Below are positions 10,107-20,447 of a stretch of DNA of 64,000 bases, one piece after another. Each line of letters opens with the position of its first letter. Position 1 is the first letter of the stretch. The notes under the pieces were generated by a model. It did no database searches. It was not told the DNA's origin and worked only from the letters and a program-made list of their open reading frames with translations. The stretch covers positions 16,231-80,230 of the forward strand of contig CALLXS010000101.1 in the NCBI GenBank assembly GCA_937875295.1. Direction: 5' to 3'. The position numbers and the translations under genes are program-made. Source of the stretch: an uncultured bacterium. GTDB lineage: Bacteria; Bacteroidota; Ignavibacteria; Kapaibacteriales; UBA2268.

Positions 10107-11351
10107 ATGCTAAAAGTCTCAATTTTGTCAATCGGTGATGAAATTTTAATAGGACAAATTTTAAATTCCAATTCTAAATGGCTTGCTGAAAAAATCACAC
10201 AAATTGGTTGTAGCATCGCGAAAATAAATACAATTGGTGATTCTAGCAATGAAATTATCTCTGAATTAAATATTTTATTGCCTATTTCTGATATTATCGT
10301 TATTACTGGAGGTCTTGGTCCTACTCATGATGATATTACAAAAGATGTACTATGCAATTACTTTAATGATAAATTAATTGAAAATAATACTTGGACGAAA
10401 AAACTAATAGATCAATTTAATCAAAGAGGAATGGACCTAAGCGAGAGAAACAAAACTCAAGCTTTTATCCCAAGCAGATCCACATTATTATGGAATGATT
10501 TCGGAACTGCACCCGGTATGCTATTTAATGAAAATGGAAAATTAATCTTTTCTTTACCCGGTGTTCCTCAAGAAATGGTTAACATAATGGAAAACGTAGG
10601 GTTCCAGAAAATAATTGATTTACTAAACTCTTCAAATACTGAATCAATAATCTATAAAAATATTCAAACTAATAATATACCAGAAAGTTCATTAGCAGAC
10701 TTAATAGACATAAAAGAAGATTTCCTAGGCAATAGTTCATTAGCTTTTTTGCCATCATATCGCGGAGTAAAATTAAGAATTGGTGCCTATGGGGAAAGCA
10801 AATCCCAAGCTGAAAAAGAGTTAAGTAGAATTGAAAATTATTTAATCCCAAGGATAGATAATTATATTATAAGCTTTGATGAGAGACCATTTGCGCAAAT
10901 TATTTCAGAGAAGTTAATAATTAAAAATAAGACATTAGCAATTGCTGAATCATGTACTGCAGGCTTATTATCGGCAACACTTACAGATATTCCAGGTTCA
11001 TCTAAATACTTCAAAGGCTCAATTGTAGCTTATTCCAATGATATAAAAAATAAACTATTAAATATAAATAATGAGCAACTTGAAAAATATGGAGCTGTAA
11101 GCAAAGAAATTGCTGAAGAAATGAGCAATAATATTAGAAAAATCTTTAATTCTGATTACGGTATCTCTATTACCGGTATTGCTGGTCCTAGTGGCGGAAC
11201 CAAAGAAAAGCCGGTTGGAACAGTATGGATTAGTATTTCTTCAGCTGATATTACATTCTCTAAACTACTTAATTTTAGAGGTTCTCGAGATATGATAAGA
11301 GAAAGAACAGTACAATCTACTATGGTAGAATTTATAAAATTCCTAAAATAG
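10107..11351 (+). CDS. cinA: competence/damage-inducible protein CinA (MoCF-binding + PncC-like C-terminal domain)
   Basis: N-terminal MLKVSILSIGDEIL...; C-terminal CinA domain AIAESCTAGLLSATLTDIPGSS. Confidence 0.85.
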   Translation: MLKVSILSIGDEILIGQILNSNSKWLAEKITQIGCSIAKINTIGDSSNEIISELNILLPISDIIVITGGLGPTHDDITKDVLCNYFNDKLIENNTWTKKLIDQFNQRGMDLSERNKTQAFIPSRSTLLWNDFGTAPGMLFNENGKLIFSLPGVPQEMVNIMENVGFQKIIDLLNSSNTESIIYKNIQTNNIPESSLADLIDIKEDFLGNSSLAFLPSYRGVKLRIGAYGESKSQAEKELSRIENYLIPRIDNYIISFDERPFAQIISEKLIIKNKTLAIAESCTAGLLSATLTDIPGSSKYFKGSIVAYSNDIKNKLLNINNEQLEKYGAVSKEIAEEMSNNIRKIFNSDYGISITGIAGPSGGTKEKPVGTVWISISSADITFSKLLNFRGSRDMIRERTVQSTMVEFIKFLK

Positions 11352-11449
11352 TATTAATAAAAGAAATTCATTTTTAATTATTCAAAAATAATAATTAATT
11401 TTGTAAATTATTAAAATGTTTCAATAAATTTAAAAATAATTAAAAACAA

Positions 11450-12817
11450 ATGAAAACAATAGCAGCTTTAGCTACACCTCCTGGTGTCTCTGGTATAGCC
11501 GTGATAAGAGTATCCGGACCAGAGGTATTTTCTGCTATTGATAAAATATTCCAAGGGAAACAAAAGCCCTCAGAAATGAAATCCCATACTATTCACTATG
11601 GCGACATTATTGACATTTATAATAATAATATTATTGTTGATAAAGCAATAATCTCAATTTTCAAAGCACCTAATTCTTTTACTGGCGATGATGTAATTGA
11701 AATTTCTTGTCATGGAGGAAAAATCACACCTTCTTTAATTTTAGATCTATTATATAAAATGGGAATTTCGCCAGCAGAACCTGGAGAATTTACTAAAATG
11801 GCATTTCTTAATGGAAAAATGGATTTAGTGCAAGCAGAAGCAGTGGCAGATTTAATTCATTCTATTTCTGTAAATTCATCTCAAACAGCTGCTCGGCAGC
11901 TAAATGGCAATTTCTCTAAGTCAATTTCTGATTTACGGCAACAGTTAATTAAAATTTGCTCACTCCTCGAAATTGATTTAGACTTCATCAATGATGATGT
12001 TGAATTTTCTGATTATGATAGAATGAATGCATTAATTAATGATACTATTCTATTTTGCGAAAATTTAATTAACCAATACAAAGCTGATAATATTCTTCGT
12101 TCTGGATTTCATATTGCTATAATTGGATATCCAAATTCTGGAAAATCTTCCCTTTTTAATGCTCTATTAAATAAAAATAGAGCAATAGTAAGTAATATCC
12201 CTGGTACTACCCGGGACTATATCGAAGATTATATTTATGTTAACAACATCCCTGTGAAACTTATTGATACTGCCGGATTGCGAGATACAATAGATATAAT
12301 CGAACTTGATGGAATTAAATTAGCAGAAAATATGGTCTCGCAAGCAGATTTAATCCTATTGATAAATGATTTGACTTTAGGCGAAAATCACAGTAATAAA
12401 TTATTTGAATATATTTCGAATAAATTTAAAGAAATACCAATTGTAATACTCCAGAATAAAATAGACATTGCTACTACTAACGATAACAACGACTTAGAAC
12501 AATATACAGATAATAATATATACATATCAGCAAAGAAATCTATAGGTTTACATGATATTAGCAATATAATTGTTAAATACTATAATTTATCTATTAATCC
12601 TTCTCAAAATATTTTGGTAAATGAAAGACATAAAGCACTTTTAATTAATGTTATTGAAGAATTATCATTAGCTAAAAATGCTTTAAAAACTCATTCAAAT
12701 GAATTAGCAGCTATTAATATTCGCAATGCAGCTAATTATTTTGGTGAGATAAGTGGCGAAAGCTTTAATAACGATGTGTTAAATTCAATATTTAGTAAAT
12801 TTTGTATAGGGAAATAA
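11450..12817 (+). CDS. mnmE: tRNA modification GTPase MnmE
   Basis: N-terminal [22 protein letters not shown]-domain [15 protein letters not shown]-terminal CIGK. Confidence 0.95.
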   Translation: MKTIAALATPPGVSGIAVIRVSGPEVFSAIDKIFQGKQKPSEMKSHTIHYGDIIDIYNNNIIVDKAIISIFKAPNSFTGDDVIEISCHGGKITPSLILDLLYKMGISPAEPGEFTKMAFLNGKMDLVQAEAVADLIHSISVNSSQTAARQLNGNFSKSISDLRQQLIKICSLLEIDLDFINDDVEFSDYDRMNALINDTILFCENLINQYKADNILRSGFHIAIIGYPNSGKSSLFNALLNKNRAIVSNIPGTTRDYIEDYIYVNNIPVKLIDTAGLRDTIDIIELDGIKLAENMVSQADLILLINDLTLGENHSNKLFEYISNKFKEIPIVILQNKIDIATTNDNNDLEQYTDNNIYISAKKSIGLHDISNIIVKYYNLSINPSQNILVNERHKALLINVIEELSLAKNALKTHSNELAAINIRNAANYFGEISGESFNNDVLNSIFSKFCIGK

Positions 12818-12820
12818 TAA

Positions 12821-12836
12821 TGTTCCATGTGGAACA
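12821..12836. promoter_or_regulatory. perfect 16-bp palindrome TGTTCCATGTGGAACA immediately 3' of the mnmE stop
   Basis: Read directly from the sequence. A second, near-identical copy follows the mnmG stop. Confidence 0.5.
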
Positions 12837-12847
12837 TTTTGAACAAT

Positions 12848-14695
12848 ATGACTAACAAAAAATATGAAATAATAGTTATAGGTGCTGGGCATGCCGGAAT
12901 AGAAGCAGCACTCGCAGCTGCGAGATTAAATTGCAATGTGCTTATACTTACTATGGATATTTCAAAAATTGGAGTTCCCTCTTGCAATCCATCAATTGGT
13001 GGTACTGCTAAAGGTCATATTGTAAAAGAAATTGATGCTCTTGGTGGTGCAATGGGATTTTTAGCGGATAAAGCTGGTATTCATTTCAAAATGCTAAATA
13101 AATCAAAAGGGCCTGCTGTTTGGTCTCCTCGTTGCCAAATAGATAAATACACTTATCCTATTTACGCTAAACAATACATTGACTTTTATCATAATATTGA
13201 TATAATAGAAGATACCGCAGTTGAAATCATTATTAAGAATAATAAAGTTTCCGGCGTGCGAACAAAAGCTGACTCTATCATCGACTCACAAGCAATAATA
13301 TTTTGTCCCGGTACTTTCTTAAATGGCAAAATGTTTACTGGAAATACCATTTCTTATGGTGGTAGGGTAGGAGAATCACCTTCTGAATTAATTTCTAATA
13401 AGTTAGTAGAATATGGATTTGAATATGGAAGATTAAAAACTGGTACTCCTCCTAGAATAGATAAAAATAGCATAGATTATAGCAAGGTAGTAGCTGAATC
13501 CGGTGATGATAATTTTAAACCATTCTCCCATAAAAGCAAATCAATTAGCAATATCATTAATTGTTACTTAACAAGCACTAATTTTAATACTCATGAAATA
13601 TTAAGGACTGGATTCAAAGATTCTCCAATGTTTAAAGGAGTAATTGAAGGAATAGGACCAAGATATTGTCCTTCTATTGAGGATAAAATAGCACGCTTTT
13701 CGGAAAGAGATTCTCATAAAATTGTTTTAGAACCTGAAGGAATTAATTCTAATTCAATTTATGTAAATGGATTTTCTACAAGTCTTCCTCTAAATATACA
13801 AATCAAAGGTCTAAAATCAATTCCCGGATTAGAAAATTCAATTGTTACTCAAGCTGGATATGCTATAGAATATGATTATTTCCCTTCATTTCAATTACAT
13901 TATACTTTAGAAACAAAATTAGTAGAAGGACTTTATTTCGCTGGTCAAATAAATGGTAGTTCTGGATATGAAGAAGCGGCTGGTCAAGGCTTAATCGCAG
14001 GAGCTAATGCAGCTCTTAAAATTTTAAATAAAGAACCATTTTCCTTAAATAGAAGCCAAGCTTATATAGGTGTAATGATTGATGATCTAGTAAATAAATA
14101 TAGCGATGAACCTTATAGATTATTTACTTCACTAGCGGAATATAGATTATTATTAAGACAAGATAATGCAGAATACAGATTATTTAATAAAGCTTTTTCA
14201 GTAGGATTAATTGATGAAGAATATTATCATGCAATTTTACAGAATAATGAAGATGTAAATCGATTAGAAAATGATATAAAACAAATAAAAATAAATTATA
14301 ACATTTTAAATAAATACTTTGAAGAGATAAATGAATCTCCAACTACTGGGACAATGTCTATATATGATGCATTGAAAAGAAGTAATACTAATCTAAACGA
14401 ATTAATTAAATTAGCTGATAGCGATTACGATTTAGATGAGGAAATTATTGAGCAAGTGCAAATTAATACAAAATACGAAGGGTATATAAAAAGACAACTT
14501 AATGAAGTTAAATATTTTTCGGAAAATGAAAATAAAAGAATTCCTGACAATTTTAATTATGATAAAATTAAATCACTCTCAGAAGAAGCTAGAGTAAAGT
14601 TGCAGAAGATTCGTCCAATATCTTTCGGTCAAGCATCAAGAATTCCGGGAGTATCTGCGACAGATTTATCAATAATTGCAGTATACTTAAAATAA
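12848..14695 (+). CDS. mnmG: tRNA uridine 5-carboxymethylaminomethyl modification enzyme MnmG (GidA)
   Basis: MTNKKYEIIVIGAGHAGIEAALAAARL FAD-binding N-terminus. Start is moved from the track's 12827 (an ATG inside the palindrome) to 12848, which matches the canonical MnmG N-terminus. Confidence 0.93.
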   Translation: MTNKKYEIIVIGAGHAGIEAALAAARLNCNVLILTMDISKIGVPSCNPSIGGTAKGHIVKEIDALGGAMGFLADKAGIHFKMLNKSKGPAVWSPRCQIDKYTYPIYAKQYIDFYHNIDIIEDTAVEIIIKNNKVSGVRTKADSIIDSQAIIFCPGTFLNGKMFTGNTISYGGRVGESPSELISNKLVEYGFEYGRLKTGTPPRIDKNSIDYSKVVAESGDDNFKPFSHKSKSISNIINCYLTSTNFNTHEILRTGFKDSPMFKGVIEGIGPRYCPSIEDKIARFSERDSHKIVLEPEGINSNSIYVNGFSTSLPLNIQIKGLKSIPGLENSIVTQAGYAIEYDYFPSFQLHYTLETKLVEGLYFAGQINGSSGYEEAAGQGLIAGANAALKILNKEPFSLNRSQAYIGVMIDDLVNKYSDEPYRLFTSLAEYRLLLRQDNAEYRLFNKAFSVGLIDEEYYHAILQNNEDVNRLENDIKQIKINYNILNKYFEEINESPTTGTMSIYDALKRSNTNLNELIKLADSDYDLDEEIIEQVQINTKYEGYIKRQLNEVKYFSENENKRIPDNFNYDKIKSLSEEARVKLQKIRPISFGQASRIPGVSATDLSIIAVYLK

Positions 14696-14711
14696 TGTTC
14701 CACGTGGAACG
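14696..14711. promoter_or_regulatory. second copy of the palindrome, TGTTCCACGTGGAACG (15/16 symmetric), immediately 3' of the mnmG stop
   Basis: Read directly. It shares the extended context ATAATGTTCCAYGTGGAAC with the first copy. Confidence 0.5.
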
Positions 14712-14751
14712 AACTAATTAAATAATTTACAAAGTTATTTCTTTTAAAGAT

Positions 14752-15681
14752 ATGAATATATTAATTACAGGCGCAACCTCAAAGACGGCAGAAGCTATTA
14801 CACGCATATTATATGCTGAAACAGATTGGACTATTTATCTACTTAGTTCGCATTTTACTTTTAAGCAAACAAGCCATAGAATTAAGTCATATACTGTGAA
14901 TTATTTGAATTTAGTTGAATTAAAAAAGATTATTTACGAGCTAAAACCTGATGTTATAATAAATTGTGCTGCTCTTACTAACGTAGATGAATGCGAAACA
15001 AATAGAAAATTATGTATGGATTTAAATGCTACCTTAGTAGAGAATTTAGCAAGCATTAGCCGAGTAATTGATTGCCATTTAATTACAATTTCAACTGATT
15101 TTATTTTTAATGGGAAAAAAGGACCTTATGTCGAAGATGCTATACCTGAACCTCTTAACTATTATGGTAAATGCAAACATATAGCTGAAAATTCTTGTAG
15201 AGTCGGTTTGACAAAATATACAATTATTCGTACAAGCGTAGTATTTGGAGTGTCATCTCATAATAAGGGTAATTTCATATCAACCCTTTTAGAAAAATTC
15301 AATGCTGAAAAAGAATTTAAAATAATTACTGGACAATGGGGTACTCCTACAATTACTGATGATATTGCACAATGTATTCTGAAAGTACTATTATATAAAA
15401 AATATGGTATTTATAATGCTGCTGGTACAACATTTTTAAATAGATATGAATTAGCTGTAAAAGTAGCAAAATGTTTTGGCTTTGATTCATCATTAGTGAT
15501 ACCAATTTATCCTTCAGAAATAAATCAAAGAGCTATTCGCCCTGAAAAAGCTGGTCTTGTTACATTAAAAGCTAAAACAGATTTAAAATGCGAATATGCA
15601 GACATCGATAGTGCATTATTTTCATATAGACTGCAACTCAATGAAGGACAGCAATTTTATTCAAATTTTTTATATAATTAA
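14752..15681 (+). CDS. NAD(P)-dependent sugar epimerase/reductase, RmlD-like (dTDP-4-dehydrorhamnose reductase family)
   Basis: N-terminal ILITGATS Rossmann motif plus the RmlD-like region STDFIFNGKKGPYVEDAIPEPLNYYGKCK. Confidence 0.5.
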   Translation: MNILITGATSKTAEAITRILYAETDWTIYLLSSHFTFKQTSHRIKSYTVNYLNLVELKKIIYELKPDVIINCAALTNVDECETNRKLCMDLNATLVENLASISRVIDCHLITISTDFIFNGKKGPYVEDAIPEPLNYYGKCKHIAENSCRVGLTKYTIIRTSVVFGVSSHNKGNFISTLLEKFNAEKEFKIITGQWGTPTITDDIAQCILKVLLYKKYGIYNAAGTTFLNRYELAVKVAKCFGFDSSLVIPIYPSEINQRAIRPEKAGLVTLKAKTDLKCEYADIDSALFSYRLQLNEGQQFYSNFLYN

Positions 15682-15710
15682 ATATTCATAATATTCCTTA
15701 ATAAATTAAT

Positions 15711-16706
15711 ATGGAAATTTTATCTGACTTTATAAATAAAACAAGAGCTACTGAAATAATTAATAATATGAAGGGCAAAAAAATAGTAGTGATTGGAGAT
15801 GTAATGCTCGACATTTATTATTGGGGAAATGTGTCGCGTATTTCTCCTGAAGCTCCTGTCCCGGTGATAGATGTAGAAAATATTTCAGCACATTTAGGAG
15901 GCGCTGCAAATGTAGCTTCTAATTTAAAATCTCTTGGAATTAAATCATATTTATGTGGTGTAATTGGTAATGATAATGATGGTGCTACATTTTCGGATCT
16001 TACAAATAAGATGAATATTGATATTTTAGCAATATACAAAGATAAAAATAGACCTACGACTGTAAAGACTCGAGTAATGGGAAATAATCAGCATATTGCT
16101 AGAATAGACCGCGAAAAAAGAAATCCATTAATTAAAGAAGGATATGAATATTTAATAGAGAATATTGAAAATATCGATAATTTAGAAGGAATTATAATTG
16201 AAGATTATAATAAAGGCGTAATTACTCTCGAGTTAATAAAGGAAGTTATTCGATTTGCAAAAAATAATAATATACCTGTATATGTCGACCCTAAATTTGA
16301 TAACTTCTTTGAATATCAAGGTGTTACGCTATTTAAACCAAACTTAAAAGAAGCAAGTGCTGCTCTAGGAATGAATATAAGTTCGAATGAGGATTTGATT
16401 AAGGCCGGTAATTTATTATTAGATAAATTGCAAGCTGAAAATATCTTATTGACTTTAGGAGCTGGAGGAATGATACTTTTCGAAAAAAATGGTAATTTCT
16501 GCAGAATACCAACAATTGCAAGAAATGTATCAGACGTTTCTGGTGCTGGAGATACTGCAATTGCTACTCTTTCAGCTGCTGTAGCAGCAGGAGCTACGAT
16601 GCCAGAAGCAGCTGCTTTGGCTAATTTTGCATCAGGAATCGTTTGTGGATATCCCGGGATTGTATCAATTGAACCTGAAGAATTAATCAAAATCGTCTCA
16701 AAATAA
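15711..16706 (+). CDS. D-glycero-beta-D-manno-heptose-7-phosphate kinase (RfaE domain I / HldA-type, PfkB family)
   Basis: KIVVIGDVMLDIYYWGNVSRISPEAPVPVIDV... and a C-terminal PfkB motif GAGDTAIATL. Confidence 0.75.
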   Translation: MEILSDFINKTRATEIINNMKGKKIVVIGDVMLDIYYWGNVSRISPEAPVPVIDVENISAHLGGAANVASNLKSLGIKSYLCGVIGNDNDGATFSDLTNKMNIDILAIYKDKNRPTTVKTRVMGNNQHIARIDREKRNPLIKEGYEYLIENIENIDNLEGIIIEDYNKGVITLELIKEVIRFAKNNNIPVYVDPKFDNFFEYQGVTLFKPNLKEASAALGMNISSNEDLIKAGNLLLDKLQAENILLTLGAGGMILFEKNGNFCRIPTIARNVSDVSGAGDTAIATLSAAVAAGATMPEAAALANFASGIVCGYPGIVSIEPEELIKIVSK

Positions 16707-16807
16707 ACAAAAATCGCGATGATAATTATAATGATAATTGTCACAACATTATTATTTATTTTTCGTTTAGTAAATTGTTTACTTTTATAATATTTTAAAG
16801 GATTTTT

Positions 16808-17062
16808 ATGGCAATATTAAGTTTACTTATAGGTATTTTTGCCTGTTTATTTTTAATCCCTGGTTTAATTCCATTTTTGGGATTTATTAATTATATTAAT
16901 GTGCCAATAGCAATTATTGGTTTAATTTTCGGTATGATTGCAAGAAAGAGAACTGCAGCGGCAGGTGATACAAATTATTTAGCTTGGATAGGTATTATTC
17001 TTAACTTGATAGCAATTGTGGTTGGCATTATAAGAGTGCTATTAGGTCAAGCTTTGATGTAA
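16808..17062 (+). CDS. small two-TM membrane protein (DUF4190-like)
   Basis: Two hydrophobic helices. No other motif. Confidence 0.4.
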   Translation: MAILSLLIGIFACLFLIPGLIPFLGFINYINVPIAIIGLIFGMIARKRTAAAGDTNYLAWIGIILNLIAIVVGIIRVLLGQALM

Positions 17063-17084
17063 AATAATAATAATAACTATATTG

Positions 17085-17687
17085 TTAAGAGAAATACCCT
17101 ACAATACTATTAATTGATTCAGGCACTAAAATAATAGTCAAGATAATTCCGGTCAAAGCTCCCCAAAAATGGGCACTATGATTAATATTATCTTGGCTAT
17201 TTTTTGATAAATAAACACAATATACCAAGTATAATATTGCAAATATTGGAGCAGGAATTGGAAATGGAATAGGGAAAATGAGTAATTTTGCTGACGGATT
17301 AAGAATAATACTGCTAAACAAAGCTCCCGAAATTGCACCTGATGCTCCAAGCGACCCATAATTTATATTGTTCTTATTTTTTATTATTGATGGAATATCA
17401 GCAATTATCATCGATAAGAAATAAATAATTAAAAATTTACTACCTCCTATCCATCTCTCCAAATCAAAACAAAAGAAATAGAATGTAAGCATATTAAAAA
17501 TTAAATGTCCCCAATCTGAGTGAATAAATCCACTTGTTATAATAGTATGCCACCTATTTTGCCTTATTACAAAATATGGACGCAGTATCAATTTGTTAAT
17601 AAATTGTTGGCGAGAGAAAGCAATAATACTTATTGCAATAGTTGTAATAAAGATTAATAAAGAGATAGGAGTATCTATAATATTCAT
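17085..17687 (-). CDS. rhomboid family intramembrane serine protease
   Basis: GFIHSDWGHLIFNM and GASGAISG (GxSG) catalytic motifs, with a downstream His in a TM helix. Confidence 0.8.
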   Translation of the reverse strand: MNIIDTPISLLIFITTIAISIIAFSRQQFINKLILRPYFVIRQNRWHTIITSGFIHSDWGHLIFNMLTFYFFCFDLERWIGGSKFLIIYFLSMIIADIPSIIKNKNNINYGSLGASGAISGALFSSIILNPSAKLLIFPIPFPIPAPIFAILYLVYCVYLSKNSQDNINHSAHFWGALTGIILTIILVPESINSIVGYFS

Positions 17688-17706
17688 TTATTCTATAATA
17701 AAATAA

Positions 17707-18314
17707 TTAATTGCAATTTGCGATTTTTATATATTTCGAATCTGGATATTCTCGTCTTAACCTATCAAAGGCTTCATTAGCTTTTTTGTTTTGATTTATA
17801 TCACAATAGCATTGTCCTAAAAGAACTAAAGTAGGCTGAACAACATCAGCAGGCACACTTTTATCATTAATAAATCTATTGATAATTTCAATTGCTCCTG
17901 CTGTTGAATTGTCTTGACGTGTTGATTCTGCATAATAAAACATTGCTTGATAATACTTTGCAGTTTTCGTTTTTATAGCATCTGTATAAGTTTTAAATTC
18001 TTCTGCTGCAATAGCATAGTCATTATTATTGAATTTATTTAGAGCATTTTGGTATATATCGTCTAATTTTTATCAGCAATTGGTGAAGAATTATTTGATA
18101 TAGGACTTTTTGAAAGATATATAAAAGTTGTATCTTTTATTATAGTACTTTTAGAATTATTTTTATTTGTAGCTTTATTTTGATTGTTTATCGGGGATAA
18201 TAAATCATTTGTTTTTGAATTATTTTTATTATTATTGCTTCTTACTGATTGAGTACAAGAGTAACAAGAAATAATAAGACTAATAAATATTAGATATATA
18301 ATTTTTAATTTCAT
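17707..18314 (-). pseudogene. TPR-repeat lipoprotein interrupted by a +1 frameshift in a T5/A5 homopolymer (18067-18071)
   Basis: ORF 18063..18314 has a signal peptide plus an N/K-rich linker. TPR-like sequence continues in another frame from 18063 down to 17707. Inserting one A into GATAAAAATTAG restores a single ~200-aa ORF. Confidence 0.5.
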
Positions 18315-18384
18315 TTTTATTCTAAATTTTTATTTTTAATAAATTTATATCTAAATATATGCCAAGATTATTATCATTTTAAGA

Positions 18385-20043
18385 CTATATAGATTCTTTT
18401 TCCTTCTGTATTTTCAATATAGTTTTAACGAAATCAATAAACAAAGGATGACCGCTTACAGCTCTTGATTTTAATTCAGGGTGAAATTGACAACCTAAGA
18501 ACCAAGGATGTGATGGCAACTCCATCATTTCAACGAGAAGTCCATCTGGAGAAAGCCCACTAAGTACTAAACCATTTTTCTCTAATATTTCGCGGTATTC
18601 ATTATTAACTTCGTATCTATGTCTATGTCGTTCATCGATAGATTCGCTATTATATATTTTATTTGCAAGTGATTTTGGTTTTAATTGGCATGGATACGAA
18701 CCTAATCTCATTGTACCACCTTTGTTTTTAATGGTTTTCTGTTCTTCCATTAAGTCTATTACAGGATAAGGTGTATCTTTGTTAAATTCACTTGAATTTG
18801 CATCTTTCATATTGCATACATTCCTTGCAAATTCAATAATACCGCATTGCATTCCAAGACATATTCCAAAATAAGGGATATTATTTTCTCGCGCATATTT
18901 AATAGTTTCTATTTTACCTTCGATACCTCTATCGCCAAATCCAGGACCTATTAAAATTCCTTCATAATCTTTCATGATAGAATTAATAGTATTTGGATTT
19001 ATATCTTCAGAATTTACTAAATCTACATTTACTTTACAATTATTTATAGAGCCAGAATGAACAAATGCCTCTAAAATAGATTTATATGAATCTCTATTTC
19101 TTGTATATTTGCCAACGAGAGCAATTTTTACTTGATATTTTGGTGACTTTATTCTCTGAACGTAATTCTTCCAAGTGTTAATTTCTAATTTATTAAGAGG
19201 CATATTAAGTTTATTTAAAACTATTTCGTCTAATCGTGATTTAGCATAATGTAGAGGCACTTCATATATAGTATCATCTACATCAAGTCCATCTATAACA
19301 GCTTCTTCCTCTACATTGCAGAATAAAGCTATTTTTGCTTTTTCTTCTTTTGGAATTTTTTTATCTGTACGACAAATTAGAACTTCAGGTTTGATGCCAT
19401 ATTCCATTAGTGTTTTTACAGAATGCTGGGTTGGTTTTGTTTTTAATTCTCCAGCTGCTTTTAAATATGGGACATAAGTAAGTAAAATGTTTAGCACATT
19501 TTTACTTCCTAGAGAATAAGTAAGTTGTCTTGCTGCTTCGAGAAACGGAAGGGATTCAATATCACCGACAGTACCGCCGACTTCAATAATCATAAAATCT
19601 GTTTGACCACTGAAGTATGTCATTCTTCTTTTAATTTCATCAGTAATGTGTGGAATTACTTGTACAGTTTTGCCTAGATAGTGTCCTTTTCTTTCTTTTT
19701 CTATTACGGTTTCATAGACTTGCCCTGTTGTAGTATTATTTTTTTTGGAAAGAGATTTATCGATAAATCTTTCATAATGTCCAAGGTCTAAATCGGCTTC
19801 AGTGCCATCATCAGTTACATAAACTTCACCATGCTGAAGTGGACTCATTGTCCCTGGATCTACATTTATATATGGATCGAACTTCATCATCGTAACGCTG
19901 TAGCCACGCTGTTTAATAAGGAGAGCTAGAGAAGATGCTGTGATTCCTTTACCAAGAGAAGATAGCACTCCGCCTGTGATTATTATATATTTTGTTTCAA
20001 TATTATTACTTTCATCAGTATTTTGCTTATCTTTTGCGCTCAT
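18385..20043 (-). CDS. pyrG: CTP synthase
   Basis: N-terminal [15 protein letters not shown] and a C-terminal GATase domain GICLGMQ. Confidence 0.95.
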   Translation of the reverse strand: MSAKDKQNTDESNNIETKYIIITGGVLSSLGKGITASSLALLIKQRGYSVTMMKFDPYINVDPGTMSPLQHGEVYVTDDGTEADLDLGHYERFIDKSLSKKNNTTTGQVYETVIEKERKGHYLGKTVQVIPHITDEIKRRMTYFSGQTDFMIIEVGGTVGDIESLPFLEAARQLTYSLGSKNVLNILLTYVPYLKAAGELKTKPTQHSVKTLMEYGIKPEVLICRTDKKIPKEEKAKIALFCNVEEEAVIDGLDVDDTIYEVPLHYAKSRLDEIVLNKLNMPLNKLEINTWKNYVQRIKSPKYQVKIALVGKYTRNRDSYKSILEAFVHSGSINNCKVNVDLVNSEDINPNTINSIMKDYEGILIGPGFGDRGIEGKIETIKYARENNIPYFGICLGMQCGIIEFARNVCNMKDANSSEFNKDTPYPVIDLMEEQKTIKNKGGTMRLGSYPCQLKPKSLANKIYNSESIDERHRHRYEVNNEYREILEKNGLVLSGLSPDGLLVEMMELPSHPWFLGCQFHPELKSRAVSGHPLFIDFVKTILKIQKEKESI

Positions 20044-20447
20044 GATTTTTTATAATTATTTGTGAAGTTTGTAATTTTGACGGTATTCAAAATTATTGAA
20101 ATTTCTTTAGAATAAAAAGAATTACTGAAATATAATTTAAAAACTTATTAACAATTTTATAAAATTATCAAATAATCATTAATTGGTACAATTTTTTATA
20201 TTAACTTTATTTAAATAAGAACGTTATAAGGATTACAAGAAATAATTGAACTTTTATTTTAGTATTTTTAGTTTAATTAATAATAAATGTTACAAGATTT
20301 TTTTATAAAATAGTAATTTTTGATAAGAATTTACTTATTTTTGTATATATTTTTACATATACCATTTAATAAGTAAGTAGATTGTAAAATATATTAAATT
20401 AAATATTAACATTGAAAATAATCATTAATTAATAATTTAGGTGCTTT

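Noticed and set aside
12736-12987. 83-aa minus-strand ORF spanning the mnmE/mnmG junction
   Set aside because: It overlaps two strongly supported housekeeping CDSs on the opposite strand and has no motif.
15818-16744. Minus-strand ORFs 15818-16039 and 16316-16744 within the heptose kinase gene
   Set aside because: They are antisense to a confidently identified PfkB-family CDS. The second is Ala-rich only because it mirrors GCN-rich sense codons.
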